Assembly (NCBI GenBank): GCA_030691505.1 | Contig: JAUYEG010000081.1 | Coordinates: 62,738 to 126,737 of the forward strand | Length of the DNA stretch: 64,000 nt | DNA from: Bacillota bacterium | GTDB lineage: Bacteria; Bacillota; Sulfobacillia; JAUYEG01 | Direction of reading: 5' to 3' | In this document: positions 51,990 to 61,536 of the stretch, piece after piece | Layout of the letters: each line of letters begins with the position of its first letter | How positions within the stretch are numbered: position 1 is the stretch's first letter | The notes under the pieces: generated by a model | The model's input: the letters and a program-made list of their open reading frames with translations, nothing else | Database searches by the model: none | What the model was told of the DNA's origin: nothing | Translations under genes and position numbers: made by a program

Positions 51990-52196
51990 CACATTGTTCA
52001 CCTCGGCTCTAGGCTGGTCACTCCACTGTGCTTTAATGGCAAGTTGGCGCTGTCTTTTGGTTTGCGAATGCAGGGATAAAACGACCCCAACCAGAATTAG
52101 TGATACTGCGGAATCTCGACCAACGCAACTGGTATCGGTGTACAAGCGTCAGGAGCGTTGTCTGAGACCGTCATCTTAGCAAGGAGGTGAAAAGGA

Positions 52197-52973
52197 GTGA
52201 GTGTTATCAAGAGCGGCATGGTGGCCCCTCTGGTTTTCGAGCTCGCGCTTTGTCTTGCGATCGCGGTGCTCATCGCGCGTGCGCGCAAGGGCCAGAAGCT
52301 TCCCACCATCCGCAAGGTAGCAGGGCTGGACGCTCTGGACGAGGCCATCGGCCGCGCAACCGAGATGGGCGCCACGGTGCACTACTCGCCGGGTATCGGG
52401 GACATCGCCAACCCCCAAACCCTAGCATCCTTCGCGATAATGGGTTATGTCGCGAAGACCTGCGCGAAGTACGACACCCGCCTTATCCAGACCAACCGCA
52501 ACAACGTTGTGTACTCGGTGGCCGAGGAGGTTATCAAACAGGCGTACGCGGATGCAGGCAAGTCTGACGCCTTCAATGCCGACGACGTGCGTTTCCTCTC
52601 CGAGGACCAGTTCGGGTACGCCAGCGCCTGCGTCGGCATCATGCACCGCGAAAAGGTCCGGGCCAACATTCTCATCGGCGCGTTCTGGGCCGAGTCCCTG
52701 ATCTTCGCGGAGGTCGGCGCCCAGATCGGATCGATCCAGATCGCCGGCACGGCCAACACGCACCAGATCCCGTTCTTCATCGCCGCCTGCGATTATGCGC
52801 TGCTGGGCGAGGAGATCTACGCGGCCAGCGCATACCTGACCCGCGAGCCGGTGCTCGTCGGCTGCCTCATCGCGCAGGACTGGGGCAAGATGGTCGGCGT
52901 CGCATTGGTCATCGTTGGCGCGGTCATGGCCACCATGAAGAACAACTCCCTTAAGGACCTGCTCCTTAAGTAG
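52197..52973 (+). CDS. uncharacterised bitopic membrane protein, cluster A gene 1 (paralog of 59268-60047)
   Basis: 258 aa with N- and C-terminal TM helices flanking a soluble domain. A strictly conserved block, QIAGTANTHQIPFFIAACDYALLGEEIYAASAYL, is shared with the paralog. Strong RBS AAGGAGGTG. Confidence 0.8.
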   Translation: MSVIKSGMVAPLVFELALCLAIAVLIARARKGQKLPTIRKVAGLDALDEAIGRATEMGATVHYSPGIGDIANPQTLASFAIMGYVAKTCAKYDTRLIQTNRNNVVYSVAEEVIKQAYADAGKSDAFNADDVRFLSEDQFGYASACVGIMHREKVRANILIGAFWAESLIFAEVGAQIGSIQIAGTANTHQIPFFIAACDYALLGEEIYAASAYLTREPVLVGCLIAQDWGKMVGVALVIVGAVMATMKNNSLKDLLLK

Positions 52974-53042
52974 GTGCCGGCGGGGTGAGGCCTTCTTTGT
53001 GGGCACAAACGGATAACGAGGTCAACTGAAAAGGAGGTGTAG

Positions 53043-53675
53043 ATGGTGCGTAAGGAACTTCCGCTGGCGATCACCTTCATCACCGGGGGCATCGTGATCC
53101 TCGCCAACTTCCTGGCCCCGGCCTGGTTTGTCCAGACCAACAAGGACATAACGGTCTGGTACCAGATCGTCACCGCGCTGTTCTGCGGGTTGGGCGTAGT
53201 CAACCTCTGCCGGATTCACGGCAAGAAGGTCTCCCAAAAGCGTGAGGGCTGGCCCTTCAGCGTCGTGATGCTGGTTTCCATGTTCGGCTTCATGCTAATC
53301 GCGCTTTACGTCGGCCAGCAGCATCAGCTTTACAAGAACCTGTACAACAACACCATCGTCCCGCTCAACGCGACGATGTACTCCATCCTGGTCTTCTACA
53401 TCGCGTCCGCGGCGTATCGGGCGTTCCGGGTCCGCTCCGCCGAGGCGACGATCCTGCTGGTTACCGCCGCGATCGTCATGCTTGGCAAGGCCCCGATCGG
53501 CGAGGCCGTGCTAGGCAGTTGGGTGGCCAGCTGGACCACCTGGATCTTCGACGTTCCTAACACCGCCGGTATGCGCGGCATCCAGCTTGGCGCGACGCTG
53601 GGCGGTATTGCGATGGCCCTTCGTGTTTTGATCGGCATCGAGCGGGCTCACTTTGGTGGGACCGGTGGCGAGTAA
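53043..53675 (+). CDS. uncharacterised polytopic membrane protein, cluster A gene 2 (paralog of 60062-60703)
   Basis: 210 aa, 5-6 TM. Conserved SAAYRAFRVR and a C-terminal GIERAHFGGTGGE are shared with the paralog. RBS AAAGGAGGTG. Confidence 0.8.
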   Translation: MVRKELPLAITFITGGIVILANFLAPAWFVQTNKDITVWYQIVTALFCGLGVVNLCRIHGKKVSQKREGWPFSVVMLVSMFGFMLIALYVGQQHQLYKNLYNNTIVPLNATMYSILVFYIASAAYRAFRVRSAEATILLVTAAIVMLGKAPIGEAVLGSWVASWTTWIFDVPNTAGMRGIQLGATLGGIAMALRVLIGIERAHFGGTGGE

Positions 53676-53697
53676 TAACCGGAAGGAGGTGTGACAG

Positions 53698-54507
53698 GTG
53701 GCAAATATCGATCGCAGGATTATCTACGTGATCATGATGCTTGCGGTCATCTACGCGTTCATCAAGCCGATGGGCTTGCCGATCACGGTCAGCCAGCATA
53801 CCAAGACGGCCTACAACGCGATTGACGCTCTGCCGGCGGGATCCATCCTTGTCCTGGGCATGGACTTCAGCGCCGGCGGTATTCCCGAGCTCGAGCCGGC
53901 AGGCAAAGCGATCTTCTATCAGTGTATGAAAAACAACGTCAGGGTCGTCTTCATGGGTATGTGGGTCATGGCCGGCGACATGGCCGAGCGCATTCTGACC
54001 GAGATGGAACCGCTCTTCCCCGATAAGAAGTACGGCGTCGACTACATCAACATCGGTTACAAGGCGGGAGGCGCCCCGATGTTGGAGAAAGCCGTCGACG
54101 ACATCGTCCTGGCTGCAGTGGGTATTGATCACCGGGGCAACGCCCTGCCCGGCAATATGGCCATCATGCAGGACTTCAAGAGCCTCAAGGATGTCAGCTT
54201 CTGGGTATGCCTGTCCACCGGCACCCCTGGAACGGGTGACTGGATCAGGATTGTCGGTGACCCGCTCAAGATTAAGGGCACCACGGACATCGTCTCGGTA
54301 TCCATCCCGGAGCAGATGCCATATGTTCAGTCCGGCCAGCTCACCGGGATCATCCAGGGCATGCGCGGCTCTGCCGAGTACGAACTGCTTATCAAGCGTC
54401 CAGGCCGCGCCGTCGCGGGCATGGATGCCCAGTCCCTGACCCACGTCGTGATCTTGGCCTTCATCTTGCTGGGTAACCTTGGTTACCTGGTTCGCAAGAA
54501 GTCTTAG
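53698..54507 (+). CDS. uncharacterised bitopic membrane protein, cluster A gene 3 (paralog of 60700-61536)
   Basis: 269 aa with N-terminal TM, a 200-aa soluble domain and C-terminal TM. Conserved ALPAGS, MRGSAEYELLIKRPG and GMDAQSLTH are shared with the paralog. RBS GGAAGGAGGTG. Confidence 0.8.
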   Translation: MANIDRRIIYVIMMLAVIYAFIKPMGLPITVSQHTKTAYNAIDALPAGSILVLGMDFSAGGIPELEPAGKAIFYQCMKNNVRVVFMGMWVMAGDMAERILTEMEPLFPDKKYGVDYINIGYKAGGAPMLEKAVDDIVLAAVGIDHRGNALPGNMAIMQDFKSLKDVSFWVCLSTGTPGTGDWIRIVGDPLKIKGTTDIVSVSIPEQMPYVQSGQLTGIIQGMRGSAEYELLIKRPGRAVAGMDAQSLTHVVILAFILLGNLGYLVRKKS

Positions 54508-54527
54508 GGAGGAGGTGAGAGATTGAC

Positions 54528-55127
54528 ATGGTAACAACCAACTGGTGGCTCTGGCTAGCGGCTTTCTTCACGGTGTCCATCTATACGGTGGCGTTCGCCG
54601 ACAATAACCTGTTCAGGTTCGTCGAGAGCATCTTCGTCGGCACGTCGGCGGGCTACATGGTCACCGCCAACTGGTTCAACTACATCAAGCCGCAGCTCCT
54701 TAACGTGCAAAAAGGCCAGTATGTCCTGCTGATTCCGTTCCTGATCGGCTTGCTGGTCTACACCCGTTACGTCCGTTCGATCGCCTGGGTCAGCCGGATC
54801 TCTCTTGCCTTTACCCTGGGGTACGGGTCAGGGTTCATCCTGTCCAAGAACTTCAGGCCTGACTTCCTGACGCAGGTTATTGCAACTTTCAGGACGCTCG
54901 ACACGTTTAACAACTGGCTCCTGGTATTTGGCGTGATCACCTCGCTGACCTACTTCCTGTTCACCGTGGAGCAAAAAGGGGTCGTGGGGTACGCCTCCAA
55001 GGCGGGCCGTTGGGTCATGATGATCGCCCTCGGCGCGGCCTTCGGCAGCACCGTAATGGCCCGTGTGTCCCTGTTCCTCGGACGGGTGCAGTTCCTGCTT
55101 ACGGAGTGGATGTTCCTGGTTAAATGA
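54528..55127 (+). CDS. uncharacterised polytopic membrane protein, cluster A gene 4 (paralog of 61533-62129)
   Basis: 199 aa, 5-6 TM. Conserved AGRWVMMIALGAAFGSTVMARVSLFLGRVQFL is shared with the paralog. RBS GGAGGAGGTG. Confidence 0.8.
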   Translation: MVTTNWWLWLAAFFTVSIYTVAFADNNLFRFVESIFVGTSAGYMVTANWFNYIKPQLLNVQKGQYVLLIPFLIGLLVYTRYVRSIAWVSRISLAFTLGYGSGFILSKNFRPDFLTQVIATFRTLDTFNNWLLVFGVITSLTYFLFTVEQKGVVGYASKAGRWVMMIALGAAFGSTVMARVSLFLGRVQFLLTEWMFLVK

Positions 55128-55153
55128 CGTCCTGATTCTCGGGAAGTCGCGTA

Positions 55154-55190
55154 CCGCCCCGGCCCGGATGGCCGGGGCGGTTTCGTTGCC
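55154..55190 (+). terminator. rho-independent terminator after cluster A
   Basis: CCGCCCCGGCC-cggat-GGCCGGGGCGG followed by TTTCGTT. Confidence 0.6.
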
Positions 55191-55295
55191 GGCCACCGGT
55201 GGCGGCCAGCCCCCCGGGCAGCGGTCTCCCACCCTCATAACCTTCCAGGTTGGACAATATACTTCACCAATCCATGCGGTCAGGGGGGGCGGGTA

Positions 55296-56051
55296 ATGGC
55301 TGCCTACCGTCGGCGGGGCGGCGTCCGCGGCCCCATCCACACCCGGCTGGCTCCACGCGGCGAAATGGAATGGCTCAAGCGCAACGCGGCGACCGTCGCA
55401 AAGCAGGCGGCAGTGGCGCTTTTTATCTTCGGCCTGGTCGTCTACGTCCTGGGCGTCGGTCCCCCCTATTGGCCGCTCGTCGAGCGGGCGGCAAGATACG
55501 CCGCGTCCGCCGACTACACCTACGCCGAGGTTGTCGACGGCATTCTCGGCCTCAAGGACATGTCGCTGCCGCGCAGCCTGCCTGAAGCAAAAGCCCTTAT
55601 TCTCCGCTGGTGGACCGGACGCGACCCGCTGGAGGCCGGCGGGATTGAGTGGAGCCTGCTTGCGCCCGCCAGCGGTGCCATTTCGTCGCCGTTTGGCTGG
55701 CGGACCCACCCAGTCCACAAAGACCTCCGGTACCACACCGGTGTGGACATCGCCGCGCCGGAGGGCTCCGACGTCCTTGCCGCCCGAGAGGGCCAGGTTC
55801 TGGCCGTGGGGGACGATGAGCTGTGGGGTATTAACGTGTCGATCCAGCATGCGGGGGACCAGGTCACCTTCTACGCGCATCTGGCGCAGGCGCTGGTCGC
55901 CAAAGACCAGCAAGTCGTACGGGGGCAGGTTATCGGAAAGGTCGGCCGCACCGGATCGGTTGTGGACGCCCACCTGCATTTCGAACTGCGGCAGAAAGGA
56001 GAGCCCATAGACCCGGAGCCTCTGATCCGCGCAGCAGGAGGAGGCACATGA
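55296..56051 (+). CDS. membrane-anchored M23/LytM-domain protein (SpoIVFA-like by position)
   Basis: TM VALFIFGLVVYVLGV, then a LytM domain HTGVDIAAPEGSDVLAAREGQVLAV...GRTGSVVDAHLHFELR. It immediately precedes the site-2 protease gene. Confidence 0.7.
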   Translation: MAAYRRRGGVRGPIHTRLAPRGEMEWLKRNAATVAKQAAVALFIFGLVVYVLGVGPPYWPLVERAARYAASADYTYAEVVDGILGLKDMSLPRSLPEAKALILRWWTGRDPLEAGGIEWSLLAPASGAISSPFGWRTHPVHKDLRYHTGVDIAAPEGSDVLAAREGQVLAVGDDELWGINVSIQHAGDQVTFYAHLAQALVAKDQQVVRGQVIGKVGRTGSVVDAHLHFELRQKGEPIDPEPLIRAAGGGT

Positions 56052-56073
56052 TCGGGCTGGGCGTGACTTTCCG

Positions 56074-56946
56074 TTGGGTCCCGGGCCGTATCGCATCAGA
56101 ATCTCGCCGCTTTACATCGCGCTGCTCGCCCTGTGGGTGGCGGGCGGGTACCTGACCGAAGCTGCCCTTGCTCTTATCAGCCTGGCGTGCCATGAACTGG
56201 CTCACCTGTACGTCCTTGCGGGTTTCGATATTCCGGTCGAGGCAGTGGAGTTGCACCCTTTTGGAGCCGTCATCGTGTACGCAGGGCCGGCCGAGGGACT
56301 GGCTGCAACCGACGGGCTTGTGGCGGCGGCAGGTCCGCTGCAGAGCTTCCTGCTGGCGGCGGTGGCCACTTTTCTCGAGCCGCTCGGATGGTTTGCGCCC
56401 GACAAGCTGCAACTCCTGATCCAGCTCAACCTGCTGTTGGCGTGCTTCAACCTGATTCCGGTGTGGCCGCTGGACGGAGGCCGGGTGGTCCGGGCCTGGC
56501 TGGCGCCAAGGCTTGGCGACGCGGCAGCGGGGCGAGCGCTGGCCCGCGCCGGCCGGCTGGTCGGGCTGCTGACCGCCGTGTCAGGAGTTGTCGCGTCCTA
56601 CACTCTTGCCCGTCCGGCCTGGGTGCCGGTGCTGATCGGCCTATTCCTGTGGCGCGCCGCTGGCCGGGGAACGGGCGCGGGGCGCGAAAGCGTGCTGAGG
56701 ACCATGACCAAGGCGCGCAGGGCTCTGCCGCACGGGGTCGGTGCCATAGCGCACCTTGTCGCCCGCCACGACACGACCATGCGCCAGCTGCTGCGGCGGC
56801 TGCGGGGCGATCGCTATCATCTTGTGACGGTGATCGACGCTGGCGGTCACCAGCTCGGTACGCTGACGGAGGACGACCTGCACCGGGCCATGATGGATCT
56901 GGGGATCGAGGGTACAGTTCTGGAGGCTATGAGACGAAGGCAGTAG
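56074..56946 (+). CDS. spoIVFB: site-2 protease family M50 intramembrane metalloprotease with C-terminal CBS domain (SpoIVFB-like)
   Basis: HExxH within a TM helix (LACHELAHLYV), NLIPVWPLDGGRV (LDG motif), and a C-terminal CBS domain HLVTVIDAGGHQLGTLTEDDL. TTG start. Confidence 0.75.
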   Translation: MGPGPYRIRISPLYIALLALWVAGGYLTEAALALISLACHELAHLYVLAGFDIPVEAVELHPFGAVIVYAGPAEGLAATDGLVAAAGPLQSFLLAAVATFLEPLGWFAPDKLQLLIQLNLLLACFNLIPVWPLDGGRVVRAWLAPRLGDAAAGRALARAGRLVGLLTAVSGVVASYTLARPAWVPVLIGLFLWRAAGRGTGAGRESVLRTMTKARRALPHGVGAIAHLVARHDTTMRQLLRRLRGDRYHLVTVIDAGGHQLGTLTEDDLHRAMMDLGIEGTVLEAMRRRQ

Positions 56947-57091
56947 GGCCGGTCAGGGCGGTCATGCCAGGGCCATATTGAACGGCGAAGGACACCGCCA
57001 GTTGACACTTTGCGGGCGAGTGCGCAGGAGATAGACAGGCAATGCGCGAAACACCTCGTGTTCCTGGGGAGCTGTAACAAACACTTGACAG

Positions 57092-58063
57092 TTGAGGGTG
57101 GTCGCGATTGGGATGCCCAGCGTTGCCTCAGGTCGGCGCGTCGAGGAGTATGTCCTCCTGAGGATGGCGGAGAATGCTTACGAGTATGGGGCGCCCCTGC
57201 CAAGCTGCCGGCAACTCGCTAAAAGGCTCGGGGTCAGCCACAATACCGTCTACATGGTGTATCAGCGTCTGGCCCGACGAGGGGTTCTGCGCGCGGTACG
57301 CGGGAGCGGATTTCGCCTTTCGAGCAGCGCGATAGCACGTGATGACCTGCGGCAGGTTCTGAAAGAGCGGTTTCTCGGCGCGGTCCATGCGGCCAAGTCC
57401 GCGGGCTACTCACAGTCAGAGGTCAGGGGTGCTCTCGAGGACATCGTACGCGAGGCGTTTGAGCAGACGGCTCCGGTCATCGCCTTCGTCGAGTGCTCGC
57501 GTGAGAGTTCCTCCCGCCTCAGCGCCAACCTCCACGCCCAACTGGGCACCCGGGTCCAGACAGCCGTCCTCACGTCCGACTGCGACCAGCTTAGACGGGC
57601 GGTGGCTGACTGTGACCTGATCTGCACCACGCTCTATCACCTGCGTGAGGTTGAGGACGCCCTCCAGATGCCCGGCAAAGTGGTGGGGCTGAGGCATGTG
57701 CCGGAGACCGACAGCCTCCTGCAGATCGCGCGCATCCGCAGCGGGGCAAGGGTCCTGGTCATCGGCTCCAACGAGCGCACTCTGGAGCAATTGGTGCAGA
57801 CCGTTGAATCACACCACGGCCGCCCCGATGCGGCGGTCCTGCCGGGTCAATTGGTTCCCCGACTACTTGAGGAAAACCAGGTTGTGGTCACGGTCCACGA
57901 AGCCTTCAAGCGATGCCCCTCTCTGGCTGGGCTCAACCGGAGCCAGGTCATCATCGTGACCTATGCCATAGACAGCCAGTCGGTGGCCTATCTCCACAAG
58001 CGCGTTGGAGAGCTACGTAGCCACACCCTGGGCGATGGTGAAAGGAGCACTGGGGAGCGTTGA
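57092..58063 (+). CDS. GntR-family HTH transcriptional regulator with uncharacterised C-terminal domain
   Basis: N-terminal wHTH LPSCRQLAKRLGVSHNTVYMVYQRLARRGVLRAVRGSGFRL. The start is uncertain and may lie further in. Confidence 0.6.
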   Translation: MRVVAIGMPSVASGRRVEEYVLLRMAENAYEYGAPLPSCRQLAKRLGVSHNTVYMVYQRLARRGVLRAVRGSGFRLSSSAIARDDLRQVLKERFLGAVHAAKSAGYSQSEVRGALEDIVREAFEQTAPVIAFVECSRESSSRLSANLHAQLGTRVQTAVLTSDCDQLRRAVADCDLICTTLYHLREVEDALQMPGKVVGLRHVPETDSLLQIARIRSGARVLVIGSNERTLEQLVQTVESHHGRPDAAVLPGQLVPRLLEENQVVVTVHEAFKRCPSLAGLNRSQVIIVTYAIDSQSVAYLHKRVGELRSHTLGDGERSTGER

Positions 58064-59166
58064 ACAGGGACCAGCTGGAGCGTTCGCTTGCTCAGAGCGA
58101 TCTCGACGCCGTCGTGTGTGTGTCGCCTGAGAACGTATTCTACCTCTCAGACGTGGCCATCCAGACGCAGAGGACGATACCCGACCGCCTGGCCCTCGTG
58201 GTTTGGCCCAGAGGAGACCAACCGACATTCATCGTCTGTTCCTGGGAAGAGGCGCAGGCCAAGGCGGAGTCGTGGATTGCGGACATCAGGTCCTATGTTG
58301 AGTTCCAGGTCTCACCCATGCAACTCCTGGCGGACGTTCTCCGGGAGCGCGGCCTTGCCGCCGGGCGCCTGGGCCTTGATATGCGCGGGCTTGCCTCTCT
58401 GGATTACCTTGAACTGCGTGAACTGGTGCCCAGCGCGAGAATTGTGGATGGAACGTCCGTCATGGCAAGGGCGCGAATGATCAAGACCGCGAAGGAAGTC
58501 GAACGGCTGCGAGAGGCCGCCGAGGTCACGGATCGCGTCATTCGCGATGTGTTTTCGCCAATTGCCGAGGGCATGACGGAGTGCGAGGTCGCGACGCGGC
58601 TCAAGACACACCTCCTTTGCGCCGGGGCGGATTCGATCGCGTTCACCATTTTCGCGGGCGGCGCAAACTCGTCCATCACCCATCCGGCCGCCAGCGATTA
58701 CCGGCTGCGGCGGGGTGATCTGATCCGGACTGACTTTGGCGGGGCGTTCGGGGAATACCTATCGGACCTTGCCCGAACCGCTGTGGTTGGGGCGCCGCAG
58801 CAGGAGCATGTGGCCATGTACGCCACGCTTTGGGAGATCCATCAGGCTCTGATCGCCCAGATGACCCCCGGCACAAGGGCGTCGGACCTGTTCCACAGCT
58901 GCAGGCGCCTCTATGAGGCTAGCGGGATCCCTTTTAGCCGCGCACATATCGGACACGGCATCGGACTCAACGTACACGAACACCCTGTTCTGAGTCCCCG
59001 TACAGACGAGATCCTCCAACCAAACATGGTTATCTGCCTCGAGATCAGTCATACGACGCCCGGCGTGTCCCGGTACCATCTGGAGGACACGGTGGTTGTT
59101 GGGCAGGCGCACCCGGCGATTTTGTCCCGAACGGCGGATTGGCGACACCTGCTCATCACAGGATAG
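58060..59166 (+). CDS. M24 family metallopeptidase (Xaa-Pro peptidase / creatinase-like)
   Basis: Creatinase-like N-domain plus the pita-bread catalytic domain, with metal ligands in IRTDFGGAFGEY, HGIGLNVHEHP and LEISHTT. Confidence 0.8.
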   Translation: MNRDQLERSLAQSDLDAVVCVSPENVFYLSDVAIQTQRTIPDRLALVVWPRGDQPTFIVCSWEEAQAKAESWIADIRSYVEFQVSPMQLLADVLRERGLAAGRLGLDMRGLASLDYLELRELVPSARIVDGTSVMARARMIKTAKEVERLREAAEVTDRVIRDVFSPIAEGMTECEVATRLKTHLLCAGADSIAFTIFAGGANSSITHPAASDYRLRRGDLIRTDFGGAFGEYLSDLARTAVVGAPQQEHVAMYATLWEIHQALIAQMTPGTRASDLFHSCRRLYEASGIPFSRAHIGHGIGLNVHEHPVLSPRTDEILQPNMVICLEISHTTPGVSRYHLEDTVVVGQAHPAILSRTADWRHLLITG

Positions 59167-59267
59167 CCCACTGCCGAATGCAGCTGGGGGGTGAGGCCAA
59201 GGAGAGCTGGATGAGTCGCTGTGATAGGGCGGAGTGACGGATTCGCGCACAGAAGGGAGGTTGGGCA

Positions 59268-60047
59268 GTGTCTCTCTATGCCGGACGGATGACCCACCTG
59301 CTGTTCTTCGCGGCATTCGTGCTGCTGACGTGGGCCGGCACCAGGCGTTTCCAACGCACCGGCAACGTGCCCATTCGCCGGGTTACCGGCCTTGATGCTT
59401 TTGAGGAAGCCATCGGCCGCGCAACGGAGCTCGGACGCCCGGTACACTTCTCCTTGGGGCGGGGACTGTTTGACGCCGAGCATGGCGCCCAGACTTTCGC
59501 CGGCTTTTCGATGCTCAAGCACACCGCACTGATGACGGCCCGCTACGGATGCCGCCTGATCGTGACCAACCAGAGCCCGCAGGCTCACCCGGTGACGGAG
59601 GAGATCGTGCGGCAGGCCTACGTTGAAGCCGGGCGGCCCGATGATTACGTCGCCGACGATGTGCGGTACCTCTCCGAACAGCAGACTGCTTACGTCTCCG
59701 GGGTCATTGGGGTCATGGAGCGAGAACGCATAGCGGCCAACGTAATGGTTGGGTATTTCTACGCCGAGTCCATGATGCTCGCGGAAACCGCCAACAAGGT
59801 CGGCGCGATTCAGATAGCGGGCACCGCCAACACGCATCAGATACCGTTCTTTGTGGCCGCGTGCGATTACACGCTGATCGGCGAGGAGATCTTCGCCGCC
59901 AGCGCCTACCTCGAGCGGCAGCCCGTGCAGATCGGGTGCCTGGTTGCCCAGGACTACGGCAAGTACGTGGCCGCAGGAATCATCCTGGTGGGCTCCATCC
60001 TGGCGACCGCCGGCTACCCGTTCCTCAGCCAATGGATCAAGAAGTAA
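59268..60047 (+). CDS. uncharacterised bitopic membrane protein, cluster B gene 1 (paralog of 52197-52973)
   Basis: 259 aa with the same architecture as cluster A gene 1. Conserved QIAGTANTHQIPFFVAACDYTLIGEEIFAASAYL. Confidence 0.8.
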   Translation: MSLYAGRMTHLLFFAAFVLLTWAGTRRFQRTGNVPIRRVTGLDAFEEAIGRATELGRPVHFSLGRGLFDAEHGAQTFAGFSMLKHTALMTARYGCRLIVTNQSPQAHPVTEEIVRQAYVEAGRPDDYVADDVRYLSEQQTAYVSGVIGVMERERIAANVMVGYFYAESMMLAETANKVGAIQIAGTANTHQIPFFVAACDYTLIGEEIFAASAYLERQPVQIGCLVAQDYGKYVAAGIILVGSILATAGYPFLSQWIKK

Positions 60048-60061
60048 AGGGGGGATAGCAG

Positions 60062-60703
60062 GTGAAATTCACAGGGGTACCGATTCTGGTGACGATGGTC
60101 GTGGGCGGCGTGGTGCTGCTCGACTTCTTTGTCAAGCAGAGCAACCTGATACTGCTGTCCCGCGAGTTCATGAACTGGGGCGTGATCATCTCCGCCTTCG
60201 CCACCGGCCTCGGCGCGGCCAACCTGTTGCGTATCCACGCCAAAAGGACTCAGTTGCGCCGCACGGACTGGTGGTACTCGGGAATCCTGCTCTGCGTACT
60301 TGTAGGGTACACCGCGCTCGGCGTGCTCAAGCATTCCTCGTCCAGCCAGTACCAGTTTGTTTTCAACCACATGTTCCAACCGCTCTCGGCGACGGTGTTC
60401 TCGTTTAACGCGTTCTTCATGACGTCCGCCGCGTATCGGGCCTTCAGGGTACGGACGGTACACGCCACCGTGCTCCTGGTATCGGCCCTGCTGATGATGC
60501 TCGGCCGGGTGGGGATCGGCGAGGTCCTGTACAAGGACATGCCCGGCATAGCCAGCTGGATCTCACGCGTTCCGACGACCGCCGGGTTTCGCGGCATCAC
60601 CATCGGCGCGGCGCTGGGCGCCATCGGGCTCAGCCTGCGGGTCCTGACGGGCATTGAGCGCTCCCAGTTCGGCGGCACCGGCGGGGGAGGTGGCGCGGCG
60701 TGA
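60062..60703 (+). CDS. uncharacterised polytopic membrane protein, cluster B gene 2
   Basis: 213 aa with SAAYRAFRVR and a C-terminal GIERSQFGGTGGGGGAA. Paralog of 53043-53675. Confidence 0.8.
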   Translation: MKFTGVPILVTMVVGGVVLLDFFVKQSNLILLSREFMNWGVIISAFATGLGAANLLRIHAKRTQLRRTDWWYSGILLCVLVGYTALGVLKHSSSSQYQFVFNHMFQPLSATVFSFNAFFMTSAAYRAFRVRTVHATVLLVSALLMMLGRVGIGEVLYKDMPGIASWISRVPTTAGFRGITIGAALGAIGLSLRVLTGIERSQFGGTGGGGGAA

Positions 60704-61536
60704 ACCTCTGGGAGATCTTCCAGAACATCGACCGTCGAGTCTGGTACGTGCTCCTGCTTGTATCGCTTTTCATCCCCCTGGTAAGACCGCTCGGACTGCC
60801 GCTGTCCATAGGCGGCGAGGCCCGTGACGTTTACAACACCATCGAGGCCCTGCCGGCAGGGTCGGTGGTCATCGTCTCACCGAGCTACAGCCCCGGCACC
60901 GACGCCGAGATGTGGCCGCAGCACGCCGCGGTCATGCAGCACCTGATGCGCAAGGGCTGCAAGATCATTCAGGTCTCGCTGGCGCTGGAGTCGGTCATGT
61001 ATGCAGTCAGGGCCATTGAGGCATACGCGCCCAAGTACAATTACAAGATGGGCGTAGACCACGTGATCATGCCCTACAAGGCAGGTCTGGACGTGGTTAT
61101 CGCGTCCATGGGCCGCGACATTCACGCGCTGTACACCGAGGACTACTACGGAACACTAACAAGCCAGCTCCCGCTGATGCAGTCGATCAGCGGCATCCAG
61201 GACATCGCGCTGGTCGTTGACTTCATGCCCGGCAACACGCTCGTCGACTACATCAAGCAGATCGGGTCGGTCTACAACACCCCGATTACCGGCGGGGTGA
61301 CGGGCGTCTGCATCCCGACCATGATGCCGTACGTGATGTCGGGGCAGTGCCGCGGGCTCCTCGGCGGCATGCGCGGCGCCGCGGAGTATGAGCTGCTGAT
61401 CAACTCCCCCGGATCGGCGATCGGCGGCATGGATGCCCAGTCGCTGTCGCACCTGCTGATCATCGTCGCTATCGCCCTGGGCAACATCGGGCTCGTGGCC
61501 GGCCGCGGCCTCAGGAAAGGTGGTGGCGGCAAGTGA
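60700..61536 (+). CDS. uncharacterised bitopic membrane protein, cluster B gene 3
   Basis: 278 aa with ALPAGS, MRGAAEYELLINSPG and GMDAQSLSH. Overlapping start/stop with its neighbours. Paralog of 53698-54507. Confidence 0.8.
   Translation: MNLWEIFQNIDRRVWYVLLLVSLFIPLVRPLGLPLSIGGEARDVYNTIEALPAGSVVIVSPSYSPGTDAEMWPQHAAVMQHLMRKGCKIIQVSLALESVMYAVRAIEAYAPKYNYKMGVDHVIMPYKAGLDVVIASMGRDIHALYTEDYYGTLTSQLPLMQSISGIQDIALVVDFMPGNTLVDYIKQIGSVYNTPITGGVTGVCIPTMMPYVMSGQCRGLLGGMRGAAEYELLINSPGSAIGGMDAQSLSHLLIIVAIALGNIGLVAGRGLRKGGGGK

Noticed and set aside
51990-52145. N-terminal extension of dpaB to 52145 (255-aa version)
   Set aside because: Alignment with SpoVFB begins at MEKRP (51989), where an RBS precedes it. 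The upstream 52 codons have no counterpart in DpaB.
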